This document shows, piece by piece, positions 37,118 through 45,737 of a DNA stretch of 64,000 bases. The position numbers and the translations under genes are program-made. Under the pieces are notes generated by a model, which did not search any database, was not told the origin of the DNA, and saw only the letters and a program-made list of their open reading frames with translations. The DNA is taken from the NCBI GenBank assembly GCA_963740355.1, contig CAVUDW010000002.1:1920001-1984000 (forward strand), given 5' to 3'. The stretch comes from an uncultured Gemmatimonadaceae bacterium (lineage in GTDB: Bacteria; Gemmatimonadota; Gemmatimonadetes; Gemmatimonadales; Gemmatimonadaceae). Positions within the stretch are counted from its first letter, which is position 1. Every line of letters starts with the position of its first letter.

Positions 37118-39898
37118 TTACGATCCCGACGTGAAGGCGTACCTGCCGGAGCCGATCTCGACGATGAGATCACTGCCGTGCGCTGTGACGCTGCGCACAC
37201 CGACGCTCCTGGTGAGAAGCGCACCACTCTCGCGCGCCGTGTCCGCCGTGCTGTTCCGCAGCGTCACACTGGCAGTGGTGTTCGCCGGCACCACCACGGT
37301 CAGTTCTCGACGGCCGTTGATGGTGCGCCACTCCGTGCTCAGCGTGCCATAGGACGTCATCAGCTCGGTCCTCGCGCTGGTCAGTCCTGCGCCCTCGACC
37401 GGCGCAATGATCGCGTGCTTGTATCCCGGTGCCGCATCATCGACGTTGATGCCGCCGATCGTGCGATACATCCAGTCGCCGATCGCCCCGAACGCGTAGT
37501 GATTGAAGGAGTTCATGCTCTTCTCCTCGAATGACCCATCAGGTCGGATGCCGTCCCAGCGTTCCCACATGGTGGTTGCGCCGCGCGAGATGGGATAGAG
37601 CCACCCGGGATAGGTTTTCTGCGTCAGCAACGCGAACGCCACGTCGGTGCGCCCGTTCTGCGACAACGCGTGCGTCAGTTCCGGTGTGCCGAGGAAACCA
37701 GTGGAGAGGTGCCCGTCGTGCCGATTGATGTCGTCGACCAGGCGCTGCACGGCACGCGGCATCTCGCTGGCGTCGAGCAGGCCGAAGTTGAGCGCCAGCG
37801 CATACGCGGTTTGTGTGTTCTCTGCCACCCGTCCATTCGCGGACACGAATTCGCGTCGGAACGCCTCACGGACCTTGGTGAAGAGCGTGTGATACCGCGC
37901 TGCATCCTCCGGTTTGCCCAGCACTGCGGCGGCACGCGAGACGATGTCTGCCGAGTGCGCGAGATAGGCGGTCGCAATGAAGTCCTTGCCGGTGGTCGCG
38001 CCGGGGTAGCCCGCATCATCACTGTGCCACGCCAGCCAGTCGCCGAAATGATCGTCCTTGCTCCAAATCAGGGCTGGGCCTGCGCGGCCCTTCACGTAGT
38101 CGACCCAGCTCGTCATGCTCGCATACTGGCGTTCCAGCACGCCGCGATCGCCATACATCTGGTACATCGTCCACGGCACCACCGTTGCAGCATCGCCCCA
38201 TCCTGCGGCCGCCGAGAAGTGCGTGCTGTCACCACCCAGCGGGTTCGGGATCACCCACGGCACGCTGCCACCGGGATGTTGATCGGCTGCAAGGTCGGCC
38301 AGCCACTTCGCGAAGAAGCCGCCGACATTCATGTTGAAGCTGGCGGTGCGTGCAAACACCTGAGCGTCGCCGGTCCAACCGAGGCGTTCGTCGCGCTGTG
38401 GGCAGTCGGTCGGCACATCGAGAAAGTTGCCGCGCTGCCCCCAGAGGATGTTGCGCTGCAGCTTGTTCAGCAGCGAGTCGGAGGTGACGAATGTCCCTGT
38501 CTCGGTGAGGTTGCTGCGCACCACGATACCGGTGATGTTGGCCAGCGTTGGCGTTTCCGTCAGTCCATCGACCTGGACGTAGCGGAATCCGTGATAGGTG
38601 AAGTGCGGCTCCCACGTTTCGACGCCGCTCCCCGTGAAGGAGACGCGATCTGTCTGGTACGCGTCGCGCAGGTTGTCGGTGTAGAGATTGCCGGCGGCAT
38701 CGAGCACTTCTGCGTGTCGCAGGGTGATCGTCTTGCCGGCGGGCGAGGTGACCTTGAGCCGCACCCAGCCAGTGATGTTCTGGCCCAGGTCGTAGATCAG
38801 CTGGCCCGACGGTGACTTGATGATCGCGATGGGTTTCACCTCCATCGTGCGTCGCACCGGCTCACTCATCGGGGCGACCAGCGCCGCCGGTGTCGACTCG
38901 GCCTGCTCGACGGGGAGCCAGTTGCGATCGTCGTATCCGGCGCGATCCCAGCCCGCTTTCTCGAGTCGCGCGTCGTAGTTCTCGCCGCGATAGATGTCGG
39001 CATACGTCACGGCGCCCGTCGACATCTTCCAGCTCTCATCGGTGTTGACGCGCTGCGTTCGCCCGTCGGCGTAACGAATCTCGAGCTGTGCCAGGAGTGC
39101 CACCTTGGTCCCGTAGTCGTGATTACGACCATTGAAGCCGAGGTAGCCGCGATACCACCCGTCGCCCAGCATAGCGCCGATGGCGTTGTCGCCTTGCTTG
39201 AGCGCCGCCGTCACGTCGTAGGTCTGGTACTGGAGCCGCGTGTTGTAGGCCGTCCATCCGGGCGTGAAGAAGTCGTCGCCGACGCGTTGGCCGTTCAGGT
39301 GTAATTCGTACAACCCACGAGCGGTGATGTAGACGCGCGCGGACTTGACCACGCCCTTCACGCTGAACGTGTCGCGGAGCATCGGTGACGGTGCCCCACC
39401 CGAGTCGTGCGCGGCAGCCGGTGGTCCGATCCACTTCGCGGTCCAGTCGCCGCGGTCGAGCAGCCCCGTCTCCCAGAACGCCGGTGTGCTCCACGCCGAG
39501 GTGTTGCCAGCGGCGTCCCAGACTCGCACGCGCCAGAAGTACCGAGTGGAGGACTTGAGTGCAGGTCCGGCGTAGGGTTGGAAGAGCGATGCGTCGGTCG
39601 CGACCTTGCCGGATGCCCAGAGCAGTGATCGTCCGGCAGCGAGTGCCTCACTCGTCGCGGCTACCTGAATTTCATATGCCGACTGCATCGTGCCGCGGGC
39701 GCTGCTTTCGATGCGCCAGCTGAGGCGCGGCACCAGCGCGTCCATGCCGAGCGGGTTGGCGCGGTATTCGGTCAGCAGTCCGGTGACGCTGAGGCGAGAC
39801 TGCGCTGCCAACGGAAACGCGAGGGACATTGCGGCGACGAACGCACCGAACGGGACGAATAGTGCGGCGAGGTTCCGCGCGGCATGGCGTGGGAACAA
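37118..39898 (-). CDS. Alpha-L-rhamnosidase (GH78)
   Basis: PRLSW, YDLGQN, FTYHGFRY, PTDCPQRDERLGWTGDA, GATTMWERW, SFNHY. Start is uncertain (TTG 39898 or ATG 39829). Confidence 0.93.
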   Translation of the reverse strand: MFPRHAARNLAALFVPFGAFVAAMSLAFPLAAQSRLSVTGLLTEYRANPLGMDALVPRLSWRIESSARGTMQSAYEIQVAATSEALAAGRSLLWASGKVATDASLFQPYAGPALKSSTRYFWRVRVWDAAGNTSAWSTPAFWETGLLDRGDWTAKWIGPPAAAHDSGGAPSPMLRDTFSVKGVVKSARVYITARGLYELHLNGQRVGDDFFTPGWTAYNTRLQYQTYDVTAALKQGDNAIGAMLGDGWYRGYLGFNGRNHDYGTKVALLAQLEIRYADGRTQRVNTDESWKMSTGAVTYADIYRGENYDARLEKAGWDRAGYDDRNWLPVEQAESTPAALVAPMSEPVRRTMEVKPIAIIKSPSGQLIYDLGQNITGWVRLKVTSPAGKTITLRHAEVLDAAGNLYTDNLRDAYQTDRVSFTGSGVETWEPHFTYHGFRYVQVDGLTETPTLANITGIVVRSNLTETGTFVTSDSLLNKLQRNILWGQRGNFLDVPTDCPQRDERLGWTGDAQVFARTASFNMNVGGFFAKWLADLAADQHPGGSVPWVIPNPLGGDSTHFSAAAGWGDAATVVPWTMYQMYGDRGVLERQYASMTSWVDYVKGRAGPALIWSKDDHFGDWLAWHSDDAGYPGATTGKDFIATAYLAHSADIVSRAAAVLGKPEDAARYHTLFTKVREAFRREFVSANGRVAENTQTAYALALNFGLLDASEMPRAVQRLVDDINRHDGHLSTGFLGTPELTHALSQNGRTDVAFALLTQKTYPGWLYPISRGATTMWERWDGIRPDGSFEEKSMNSFNHYAFGAIGDWMYRTIGGINVDDAAPGYKHAIIAPVEGAGLTSARTELMTSYGTLSTEWRTINGRRELTVVVPANTTASVTLRNSTADTARESGALLTRSVGVRSVTAHGSDLIVEIGSGRYAFTSGS

Positions 39899-40032
39899 GA
39901 GGCTGGCCCGGGGAGGGGGAGCGGGGCGACCGGCAACCGAACCCGCAGTTTGCCGCAGCGCGCAGGGATAGTCCAGTTCGTTGCCCGCGCGTGGCGCCCA
40001 GCGACCAGTCCTCGGCCGGAGGCCCCGCACGT

Positions 40033-40353
40033 TCAATAGACGACCCCGAAGAGTTCCGAACCGCACTGCTGACAACAGGTTGCGTCCAACATCCAGCCGA
40101 GCGGGTTGCGTTCTTCGCAGTGATCGCACACCCGGAAGAATCGGCGCAGCGAGAGCAGTCGACGACGGCGCTCCTTGACCCGCGCTGACGGCGTATCGCT
40201 CGGAAGTCGTTCGACCTCGTGCCAGCGACTGCTCGGAGTGTGCGGGCCGAGGTGCCAGGAGATGCAGGCGACTTCAAGCACGAGTTCATCGCCGTCTGGG
40301 CGGACGCGGGTGAAGTCGGTGAGGAGGCGGAGGATGTCCTGGGGAAGTGGCAC
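40033..40353 (-). CDS. Small hypothetical protein with a C-terminal zinc ribbon
   Basis: CDHC...CCQQC pair. Confidence 0.65.
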   Translation of the reverse strand: MPLPQDILRLLTDFTRVRPDGDELVLEVACISWHLGPHTPSSRWHEVERLPSDTPSARVKERRRRLLSLRRFFRVCDHCEERNPLGWMLDATCCQQCGSELFGVVY

Positions 40354-40540
40354 GGCGCATGATTCGGTTGGTCGGTAGACGTACGATCGCGCACGGGTCT
40401 GACAGCGGAGCGGCCGAGTTGATCAGTCGAATTGCGCTTGAACGATGACGCTCGCAGCAAGTCGCCTCACTATCGTAGATGGGTCGTGCGCACTGTGGGC
40501 GCATGTCGATCTCGCCTCAGCTCCCACGCGGACCTATCCT

Positions 40541-41101
40541 ATGGGCATGTCGCAGCCAAAGCGGACGTACACCACGGACGACCTCGACGGGTTTCCAGAC
40601 GACGGCAACCGCTACGAGATCATCGACGGCGAGCTCTTCGTGACGCCCTCGCCACGGCTCTGGCACCAGGCAGCGGTACTCGAACTGGTCGAGAGGATTC
40701 GCCCTTACGCCAAGGCGCTCGGATTGCGGACGTTCGCGGCTCCGACCGATGTCCGCGTGTCCCAGTTCACTCAGGTGGAGCCTGACCTTTTCGTCTATCC
40801 GCGCGTGGACGACGTGGACGCCACGACGCGGTGGGTCACGATGAACCGGCTACTGTTGGCCGTCGAGGTACTGTCTCGATCGACGGCCCGCGTTGATCGT
40901 GGTCGGAAACGCGAGCTGTACCTCGAACAAGGGGTCGAGGAGTACTGGATCGTCGACGTTGATTCCGGCACGGTTGAAGTCTGGTCGCGACACAACGCGG
41001 AAGCACGCATCGAGTCCGAGCGATTGCACTGGCAGCCCATCCCTGAACGCGACGCATTGGTGCTGGATCTGATCGAGTACTTTCGAGACGTGCGCTCGTA
41101 A
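40541..41101 (+). CDS. Uma2-family (PD-(D/E)xK) endonuclease
   Basis: RYEIIDGEL..PSP..H, VEPDL, LAVEVLS.ST..DR..K..Y..GVEEYWIVD. Confidence 0.92.
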   Translation: MGMSQPKRTYTTDDLDGFPDDGNRYEIIDGELFVTPSPRLWHQAAVLELVERIRPYAKALGLRTFAAPTDVRVSQFTQVEPDLFVYPRVDDVDATTRWVTMNRLLLAVEVLSRSTARVDRGRKRELYLEQGVEEYWIVDVDSGTVEVWSRHNAEARIESERLHWQPIPERDALVLDLIEYFRDVRS

Positions 41102-41163
41102 CTACGTCGCAAGCGCGCGACCGGAGACTAGGTCCCCAGCCGCGCGCCAGCCCATCCGACGAG

Positions 41164-42390
41164 TCAATCCTTGTACGGGTCGAACTCGTTGTCACCCGCC
41201 ATCACGACGATCAGCGGGCGCAGCACGTGCAACACCTCCACCGTCCCCCGCTGCGCGGCCAGGACCTCGGGCAGGCGACGGTACACATGCGGGCTCTCGT
41301 CCACACCGCCACCGCGAAGGATCACACCCTTCTCCCGCACCCAGTCGCGCATCATGTTCGGCGACACCGCGCCTCGGCTCAACTGGCGGCCGGAGCGGAA
41401 GTGACGCTTTCCTGCCGCCGCCGTGCGTGACATCACACGACCGGCGCCATGCACGGTGGAATAGAGCGCCGATTCCTGCAGCGTGACCAACTCGGCTGAC
41501 GCATGATCCGCCGCCAGCCCCTGCACGATGACCGCATCGTCACCCATCGACCCACCAACGAAACCCTTCTGCCCGGGGAAGGCGGGTGTCGCACCCTTCC
41601 GGATGACGACGACCTCCTCGCCGAAGTGCGCTTCCTTCCAGGCGAAGTTGTGGTGGTTGTGGACCAGTTCCAGCTCATCACCACCAAGCAGCGCGACCAC
41701 CTTCCGCGCCACCCACTCGCGGCCGGCATAGGCGTAGGCGCCCGCAAGGTTCATCAGGTGCCAGTAGTCGTGACCGATCGGATCATCGAGGTCGAGCAAC
41801 ACCTCCGTCTCCGGCACCCGCTCACCCCATGCCTTGCCCTGGCCGAGCGCGAGGAAGTTGGAGGCAACCGTATGGCCGAACCCGCGTGATCCGAAGTGCA
41901 CGCCAACCCAGATCGCACCCCGTTCATCCACGAACACGTCCACATAGTGGTTCCCGCTTCCGACCGTCCCGAGTTGCGCCCGCGCCTTGTCGCGCAACGC
42001 CGCCCGGTGCGCGGCCGGCACTGCGTCCCAGGTCGGGTCGTCGAACAGCGCGTGGTCGATTGGTGCGTCATCCGCACGATTCTTCCGACCCATGCCGAAG
42101 CTCACCGTGGCAGAGATTTCATCGGCGAATGTAGTGAGCGCCGAGTGGATCGCTTCGGAATCGCTTCCGAATGAGGCCAGCGTGAGGTTGGTGCGGATCG
42201 CGGCGTTACCGCACGCGATGTCGAAGCCGACGCCCACAACTGAGATCCGATTGTCGTACGCCGCCACACCACCGATCGGCATCACGTAGCCCATGTGACC
42301 GTCGGCCATCAGGGCAGCGTGCTTCGCCTGCGCGCGGATGTGTTCGAACTGAATGAGGGTCTTCTCCTCATGATTTCCAAAGATCGTCAT
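41164..42390 (-). CDS. rtcB: RtcB RNA 3'-phosphate/5'-OH ligase
   Basis: ADGHMGY..PIGG, GFDIACG, QLGTVGSGNHY, HFGSRG, HNHHN, RKGAT, GSMG, HGAGR, DESP..Y. Confidence 0.95.
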   Translation of the reverse strand: MTIFGNHEEKTLIQFEHIRAQAKHAALMADGHMGYVMPIGGVAAYDNRISVVGVGFDIACGNAAIRTNLTLASFGSDSEAIHSALTTFADEISATVSFGMGRKNRADDAPIDHALFDDPTWDAVPAAHRAALRDKARAQLGTVGSGNHYVDVFVDERGAIWVGVHFGSRGFGHTVASNFLALGQGKAWGERVPETEVLLDLDDPIGHDYWHLMNLAGAYAYAGREWVARKVVALLGGDELELVHNHHNFAWKEAHFGEEVVVIRKGATPAFPGQKGFVGGSMGDDAVIVQGLAADHASAELVTLQESALYSTVHGAGRVMSRTAAAGKRHFRSGRQLSRGAVSPNMMRDWVREKGVILRGGGVDESPHVYRRLPEVLAAQRGTVEVLHVLRPLIVVMAGDNEFDPYKD

Positions 42391-42552
42391 CGTACACCTG
42401 CCATCCCTGTGGTAGTGCGCAGCGCTGTCGAGTTGTCGTGATGCGCAATGAAACTGCATGGTGAATCCCGCCGCGCGCCGTGAACCGCGCGCGACGGGTG
42501 CAAGGCACCACTGCCGATTCGTATGGGACCGAATGCGGCAGGACACCATTGC

Positions 42553-42870
42553 TCAATCAGGCTCCCAGGGGCGCTGATTGGCGTTGTCTTCGTCGCGACG
42601 GGCCTTCGCGAATTCGCGGTCGGCAGCGCGTGTTGCAGCCGTCGACTCCACGATCACGTTGACCAATCGGGCTCGCACCCTGATGAGCGAGCCGGTACAG
42701 TCCCGGAACTCGAGCCATTTCGGCTCGACCAGGCGGTTGAAGGTCTTCCGGAGGCAACAAGCGACCTCGCGGGTGACGAACACTCGTCCGAACTCTCCGG
42801 AGACGACGAAGAACTCGTCGTACGGCGGGAATTCGGCGCGCTCGTTCAGCAACTGCAGAATTCTGTTCAT
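42553..42870 (-). CDS. Small hypothetical protein (105 aa) co-oriented upstream of rtcB
   Basis: MNRILQLLNERAEFPPYDEFFVV... has globular-protein composition; the longer 308-aa ORF call runs through structured RNA. Confidence 0.7.
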   Translation of the reverse strand: MNRILQLLNERAEFPPYDEFFVVSGEFGRVFVTREVACCLRKTFNRLVEPKWLEFRDCTGSLIRVRARLVNVIVESTAATRAADREFAKARRDEDNANQRPWEPD

Positions 42871-42983
42871 GATCGGAGTGTCAGCCAGGCGCTGGCCGCC
42901 GAGGTGGCGAGCAGCTAGCGGCTGTGGAAGTGAATGTTCAAGCCCGCACGTCAAGCGACGTGCGAAATGGAAAGACGAACAAG

Positions 42984-43109
42984 ACGGGCTGGCGGGATTT
43001 GCACCCGCATCTTCGGCATCGTGCTCCGCCGGCTCCTGCCTTCTGCAGGCACTGGGAATTCCGGCGGCGATATCGCGCTCTGAGACTGCCATTGAGCTAC
43101 ACATCCCGT
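42984..43109 (-). ncRNA. tRNA-like RNA with an extended hairpin in place of the anticodon arm
   Basis: Minus strand: ACGGGATG / CAGCCCGT acceptor-like stem; TAGCTCAATGG..AGAGC D arm; GCGGG-TGCAAAT-CCCGC T arm; no encoded CCA. Confidence 0.7.
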
Positions 43110-43463
43110 TGGCGCGCGGCCAAAACCCATACGCGCCGAAAGTGGTGATCGACAATGCCTGCAACGTGCCGGCAGCGGCGAGTATCGAACATGAGGTGAA
43201 TCCGCCCCCGGAGCGGGGTGGAGGGACACCGCGGGCGCTCCGAGGGTGAAGCGACGTGACAGATGCACAGCGGCGGCGACGTGTTGTCGAGTCGAGTCCG
43301 TGTCGGAGCACGTACGACAGAGGAAAAACACCGGCAGGGGAGTCGCGTGTCTCTCTGCGCGGGATTTCATGTCGTACGCGTCCGTCGAGGATCGCGACAG
43401 CGCGTTCATCCAACCGGATATCCCCGAGACATGAAGGGCCTGATCCGCGGACCTCTCGCGCAG

Positions 43464-43504
43464 ATACAAAACGCCCCACCTGGCACTCGGCGCAGGCGGG
43501 GCGT
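43464..43504 (-). terminator. Intrinsic terminator (attenuator) between the uORF and the tRNA-like/rtcB region
   Basis: ACGCCCCGCCTG-loop-CAGGTGGGGCGT followed by TTTGTAT. Confidence 0.8.
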
Positions 43505-43535
43505 AGAACGCTCCTTCTTCAGTGCAGAGGGCACA

Positions 43536-43724
43536 CTACGACGTGTGCACCTCGTCCCTGAAGCCTGCGTGGATCCAACCGTTGAGCGCATTCGCGCCCG
43601 AGACGATTAGCTGGTACAACTGCGGTCGGAATTCGCGCTTGCTCATGCACGAATCCAGCACCAGCGCGCGCTGGCAGCTGCCGACGCGCGGGTCCCTCGG
43701 ATTGCGATCAATGAGTGAAGTCAT
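43536..43724 (-). CDS. Putative leader peptide/uORF (62 aa)
   Basis: AGGAG RBS 5 nt before ATG 43724; the stop lies about 30 nt before the terminator. Confidence 0.6.
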   Translation of the reverse strand: MTSLIDRNPRDPRVGSCQRALVLDSCMSKREFRPQLYQLIVSGANALNGWIHAGFRDEVHTS

Positions 43725-43902
43725 GCGAACTCCTGTGAACCGGTGAATCGATGGTGTGGTAAATCGCGTGCGGAAACGCAAAATCGCGCCACCGACGTTC
43801 ACGCAACGAAAAGACTCCGTTGGGTTTGAGTTGGCATTGCGATGCGACGGCACCGGCAAGGATCAACTCGTGAACATCGGGACGCGACTCCCAGAGAGAG
43901 CG

Positions 43903-43931
43903 ATCGTAAGCGGGCCAGGATTCGATGTCAA
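43903..43931 (-). promoter_or_regulatory. Sigma70-type promoter
   Basis: TTGACA (43931-43926), 17-nt spacer, TACGAT (43908-43903). Confidence 0.75.
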
Positions 43932-43968
43932 GGGGTGCGTCAAACACCGACGAACCACACCGCGTGGC

Positions 43969-45507
43969 TCAGCGTGTATCGCGCGCCGTGAATGGCTGCT
44001 TCCGGCTCCCAAGCCGATCGTACACACGTCGCGCCGCGGCGACGGTGCCCGGTGCACGTCGCACGGCCCAGATCCGATCCCGTGCGGCGCGCATCGCCTG
44101 CACGTTGTCCACGATCGGCAGTGGATACGTGACGCCGATCTGCACGCCATACATCTGCTGCAGCATCGGCGGCATGCTGTGCGGCTCGGCGAGGGCAGCG
44201 CGCGGAACCGCGGCCAACTCGGGCACCCACTCGCGGATGAACGTGCCATCGGGATCGTGATCGAGTGACTGCTTCACCGGATTGTAGATGCGGATCGCAT
44301 TGATGCCGGTGACGCCCGACTGCATCTGGCACTGGCTGTAGTGAATGCCCGGCTCGAAGTCGAGGAACTCTCTCGCCAGCAGCACACCGGTGAATCGCCA
44401 GTGCAACCACAGGTGGTAACTCGCGAACGACATCACCATCGCACGCATGCGGAACGGCAGCCATCCCGTGGCGCGCACGGAACGCATGCAGGCATCGATC
44501 AACGGATACCCGGTATGACCTTCGTACCAGACTGACAGTCGTTCCGCGTCTGCCGTCTGTTCATCGCGCAGGCCGACGTACGCATCACACATCGTCCTGA
44601 ACTCGAGCGGGGGCTGATCCTCGAGCTTCTGCATGAAGTGGCAATGCCAGCGCAGACGGGAGCGGAAGCTCGAAATGCTCGCGCGCCATCGCGCATCGAC
44701 GTCGTCACCCGAGGCAGGACCATTGGCGAGCTGCTGCAGTCTCGCGCGCGAAGCATGTTCGCAGGTGCGGATGCTGATCGCACCGGTGCTCAGCCAGGCG
44801 CTGAGGCGGCTGCACGCGTCGGGCGCTGTGACGGGGCTCGACATCTCCCGGCGATAATCGACACCACGTTCACGAAGGAAGCTGCGTAGTGTCTCTCTTG
44901 CCACCTGTTCACCACCGTGCTGGAGGCGAGGGCGCGAATGGCGGTGCGTCGCCGACAGCGCGAGTGATGCCGCGTCGTCGCGTTCGGCCAGCGCAACGCT
45001 CGAGAGTCGCCGAGGTGCTGGCAGCGGCGCCGCTGCCATGCGGGCTTCCCAGGCGGTGGCCCATCCGTCACGCGACGGGAGGCGCCTCACCACACCGGTC
45101 TGCGGCAATTCGAGCAACTCGTGGCCATGTGCGCGGCACCATTGGCGGACGGTGCGGTCACGCTGGTAGGCGAGCCATCCCGTCGTCTCCTCGTGCGCCC
45201 AGATCGAGGTGATGCGCGACGGCTCTGCAGACTGCGCGAGCTCGCCCTGGATCGCTGCCAACACCGACGTCACCTCGCCTGTTCGCCGGTGCAACACGAC
45301 ACCACGCTCGGCGAGCGACTCGGTTAGGTCGTCGAGGCATTCGAGCACCAGACCCAGATGCCTCGGATCGTGGTCTGGGGCCTCCATCAGCGACGGCTCG
45401 TGGATGTAGAGGCACAGCACGGGCCCGCGCGCGGCCGCCGCCGTCAGTGCAGCATGGTCGCGGATTCGGAGGTCGCGCTTGAACCAGACGAGATGGATGT
45501 CACGCAT
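43969..45507 (-). CDS. Cryptochrome/photolyase-family FAD-binding protein
   Basis: VWFKRDLRIRDH, SRLSAWL..G, TGYPLIDACMR, GWLPFRMR, DFEPGIH, IYNPVKQ..DHDPDG. Confidence 0.92.
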   Translation of the reverse strand: MRDIHLVWFKRDLRIRDHAALTAAAARGPVLCLYIHEPSLMEAPDHDPRHLGLVLECLDDLTESLAERGVVLHRRTGEVTSVLAAIQGELAQSAEPSRITSIWAHEETTGWLAYQRDRTVRQWCRAHGHELLELPQTGVVRRLPSRDGWATAWEARMAAAPLPAPRRLSSVALAERDDAASLALSATHRHSRPRLQHGGEQVARETLRSFLRERGVDYRREMSSPVTAPDACSRLSAWLSTGAISIRTCEHASRARLQQLANGPASGDDVDARWRASISSFRSRLRWHCHFMQKLEDQPPLEFRTMCDAYVGLRDEQTADAERLSVWYEGHTGYPLIDACMRSVRATGWLPFRMRAMVMSFASYHLWLHWRFTGVLLAREFLDFEPGIHYSQCQMQSGVTGINAIRIYNPVKQSLDHDPDGTFIREWVPELAAVPRAALAEPHSMPPMLQQMYGVQIGVTYPLPIVDNVQAMRAARDRIWAVRRAPGTVAAARRVYDRLGSRKQPFTARDTR

Positions 45508-45737
45508 TCGGAAGCGAACGTTCCAGGCGGGCAGAATGATCCGTCGCACGTCGGGATTCCATGGCGGGAGGGCACCGCTGCGTCAGCAGCATCATGGACG
45601 CGCGTGACTGCTCACCCATTCGGGTGACGCGGGAGCGTCAGTGTGAGGCTACACTCCGACCAGACTGATGCGCGCCCAGCGATGCGCACGGACAACCCTG
45701 GCGCAGCAGGGGGTTCGTCGTATGGTGCGAGTGCTGT

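Noticed and set aside
42984..43109. Canonical tRNA, tRNA-Sec or YrlA
   Set aside because: There is no 7-nt anticodon loop or CCA, the acceptor stem is imperfect, the extension is in the anticodon arm rather than the variable arm, and the D-before-T order with free acceptor ends is unlike YrlA.
43156..43171. Sigma54 promoter (CGGCACG-TTGC-AGGC, GG-N10-GC) upstream of the tRNA-like RNA
   Set aside because: The -12 element lacks TT, no RtcR-like activator is nearby, and such matches are common in GC-rich DNA. It remains a weak possibility.
42871..43479. Coding ORFs 42951-43469, 42578-43249 and the long N-terminal extension of 42553-43479
   Set aside because: Arg/Ser/Pro-rich non-protein-like translations that overlap a terminator and structured RNA.
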